From NCBI GenBank assembly GCA_963803145.1, contig CAWDLW010000028.1:1-19210 (forward strand): 19,210 nucleotides of DNA, given 5' to 3'. Position numbers and translations under genes: made by a program. The DNA is from Methanotrichaceae archaeon. Lineage in GTDB: Archaea > Halobacteriota > Methanosarcinia > Methanotrichales > Methanotrichaceae. Shown one piece after another: positions 17,427 to 19,210 of the stretch; positions within the stretch are counted from its first letter, which is position 1; every line of letters starts with the position of its first letter. The notes under the pieces were generated by a model. The model made no database searches and was not told the DNA's origin. It saw only the letters and a program-made list of their open reading frames with translations.

Positions 17427-17551
17427 ATTTCCACCTTTACAGTTTTTAGTTTTACTATAACGACGATAGTCTTCAATTAGATTTAAATCTATTTTTTATA
17501 TATATTTTATCTAACATTTATGTTAGTTCCATCTTAACTTCATATGAAACT
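17378..17551 (-). repeat. Copy 2 of the duplicated promoter + signal-peptide cassette
   Basis: Colinear homology with 13701-13884. Confidence 0.9.
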
Positions 17552-17725
17552 CTTATCTTTGCGATAAACCAAGCCAGAAGAGTGCAAAAGTTCTATAGTT
17601 TTATCCAGCAATATGCCATTAATTCTATAAATTTATAAGTAGCCCTCTATCTAGCTGTAAATAATGGGGAAGATAAAATGTGAATAAGAATCATACCTTA
17701 TTCACATTCAAATCTTCTTCGAATA

Positions 17726-18856
17726 TCAAGCCTCTGCACAACATTTCTGGGTCAAACGTACATCGTTAATAGATACTTGCCCTATGGGACTATCACCAGG
17801 CATTGAGATATCTAGATATATATCGTCTGGGTCGTCATATATTCCATTCCCGTTAGTGTCATAGTAGCGTATTGCGCCTAGATTCTTCGGATATGCTGGG
17901 AAAGTGACCAATATTATATTGGATAGTAATTTGTTATGATCCAGGTCGAAGTCCAAAACTTTTGTACCAGCACAATTTGAGCCGATCGTGTTCAATCTAA
18001 CATCGTTTGTAACTATATGCTGAGAATTCTTGGATAAATTGTTAACTGTATTTGTTAAATATCCTATATATTCTCTATCACTTGTGATAGTTTTATTTAA
18101 CGAATCTACTGCCTTTGAAAGTGATGCATCTAATATCTTTAGCTTATTTGTACCACAAATATGATAGTAATATTTGCTTGTCCCTTTAATCACCTCAACG
18201 TTTTTCCCATCGCAAACCCCACAATCCATTGGTTTAGGATCAGCGATCTCATCGAATACACATAAACTATATTTGTCGGTAAATTTTATGGTTATAGCCC
18301 CTGCGCATTTTCCGCAGCAACTTTTTTTACCAGCCGTGTCGAAATTTATGAACCCCTCGCAGAACTGTTGGTCCACATTTGAACCAAAATTTAGGTCAAT
18401 ATGTTCTAGTGAGTTTTGATGGAGATAAACAGGGTCCTCTATATCGTATAATTCACTACCTTCTAAATTCAAGAACCCTATATAAGCGAATTTTAATGGC
18501 TTAAGTTCCTTTCCGATATCATTATCAAAAGCAGTTACCTTGCTTCCAGGAGGTTTATCACCATATGATGTAAGCCTGACGTCATTGGCGTTTACCACTC
18601 CAGTGGGCCGTAGATCTAAATAAACGATATCTTCTGCATCATAAATATCTGGATTTGGTCCAATATCCCAAAAGCCTATCAATGCTTGTTCTTTGCCTTG
18701 CACATCTATATTCTTAAGGAGCCGACCGATATCAGGATCTCCTGGCAAAACCTTGCTCCCAAAGGAACAATCTTGTGCCAATGCCGTGCCCAAGACAAGC
18801 AAGATGCTAACGGCTATCAGCGCAATTTTCGAATAGCTTTTCATATAATTTCCCAC
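17726..18856 (-). CDS. Secreted three-repeat Asp-rich protein with a Cys-rich insert (likely start ATG 18844)
   Basis: Signal peptide, three G(S/T)KV...D.D....L / YD..D..YL / NDVRL units, and AGGTGGG upstream of ATG 18844. Confidence 0.82.
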   Translation of the reverse strand: MGNYMKSYSKIALIAVSILLVLGTALAQDCSFGSKVLPGDPDIGRLLKNIDVQGKEQALIGFWDIGPNPDIYDAEDIVYLDLRPTGVVNANDVRLTSYGDKPPGSKVTAFDNDIGKELKPLKFAYIGFLNLEGSELYDIEDPVYLHQNSLEHIDLNFGSNVDQQFCEGFINFDTAGKKSCCGKCAGAITIKFTDKYSLCVFDEIADPKPMDCGVCDGKNVEVIKGTSKYYYHICGTNKLKILDASLSKAVDSLNKTITSDREYIGYLTNTVNNLSKNSQHIVTNDVRLNTIGSNCAGTKVLDFDLDHNKLLSNIILVTFPAYPKNLGAIRYYDTNGNGIYDDPDDIYLDISMPGDSPIGQVSINDVRLTQKCCAEA

Positions 18857-19210
18857 CTGAAATTATTCTATTTTCCCTAAATTAACCTACCAATTTTCGG
18901 TATTATTGTGAGGATATTTAACTAAAATATAAAAAATTAACTTTGCTTCAATACAAAGAATTAATCTCGCTTCAAAAAATGAAATAATTATGGAAACATA
19001 CGGTTAAATCTCATATCATAATATGGATATTTTGCATTGGATTTAAATTTTCTTGTTTTGCATCTTGAAGGATTGATAGCTAATGTCTGCATTGCTTGCT
19101 AATTTGAAATATTTATGATGCAGAGTGCTATATTATACAAACAATTTCATTCAATTTTTCCTCAATGATGAAATATCCAGCGATAAATTTATTAGATAGC
19201 TCTCCCAATT

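Noticed and set aside
13701-17551. Diversity-generating retroelement TR/VR pair
   Set aside because: Differences are not adenine-specific and include indels, the repeat covers promoters and 5' ends, and no reverse transcriptase is present.

Overview
This window looks like an accessory region of a methanogenic archaeon, most likely Methanothrix/Methanosarcinales-like. That placement is inferred from TATA-type promoters, an AF2212/DUF104-VapC pair and the style of the secreted proteins. Left to right it holds: a lower-GC redox operon (internally deleted Fe-alcohol dehydrogenase, cupin, flavodoxin running off the left edge) divergent from an HxlR regulator; SHOCT, nitroreductase, HD-hydrolase and M24-peptidase genes; two convergent secreted beta-lactamase-family serine hydrolases; a decayed AT-rich stretch with an 11-bp G-rich tandem array; an uncalled 50-aa, 9-Cys desulforedoxin-like gene; TPR and DJ-1 genes; a uvrA remnant in front of a type II toxin-antitoxin pair; and a cluster of orphan secreted/surface proteins with a MITE. 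The most notable observation is two unrelated secreted genes (a His/Trp-rich peptide and a 252-aa Pro/Ser-rich protein) that share a duplicated promoter plus signal-peptide cassette. That cassette ends in an identical 28-bp palindrome, in the same reading frame, 3,677 bp apart in direct orientation, which makes it a candidate cargo-swapping or recombination site. No rRNA, tRNA, CRISPR array or intact transposase/integrase was recognised. All family assignments come from motif recognition by eye, not from database searches.
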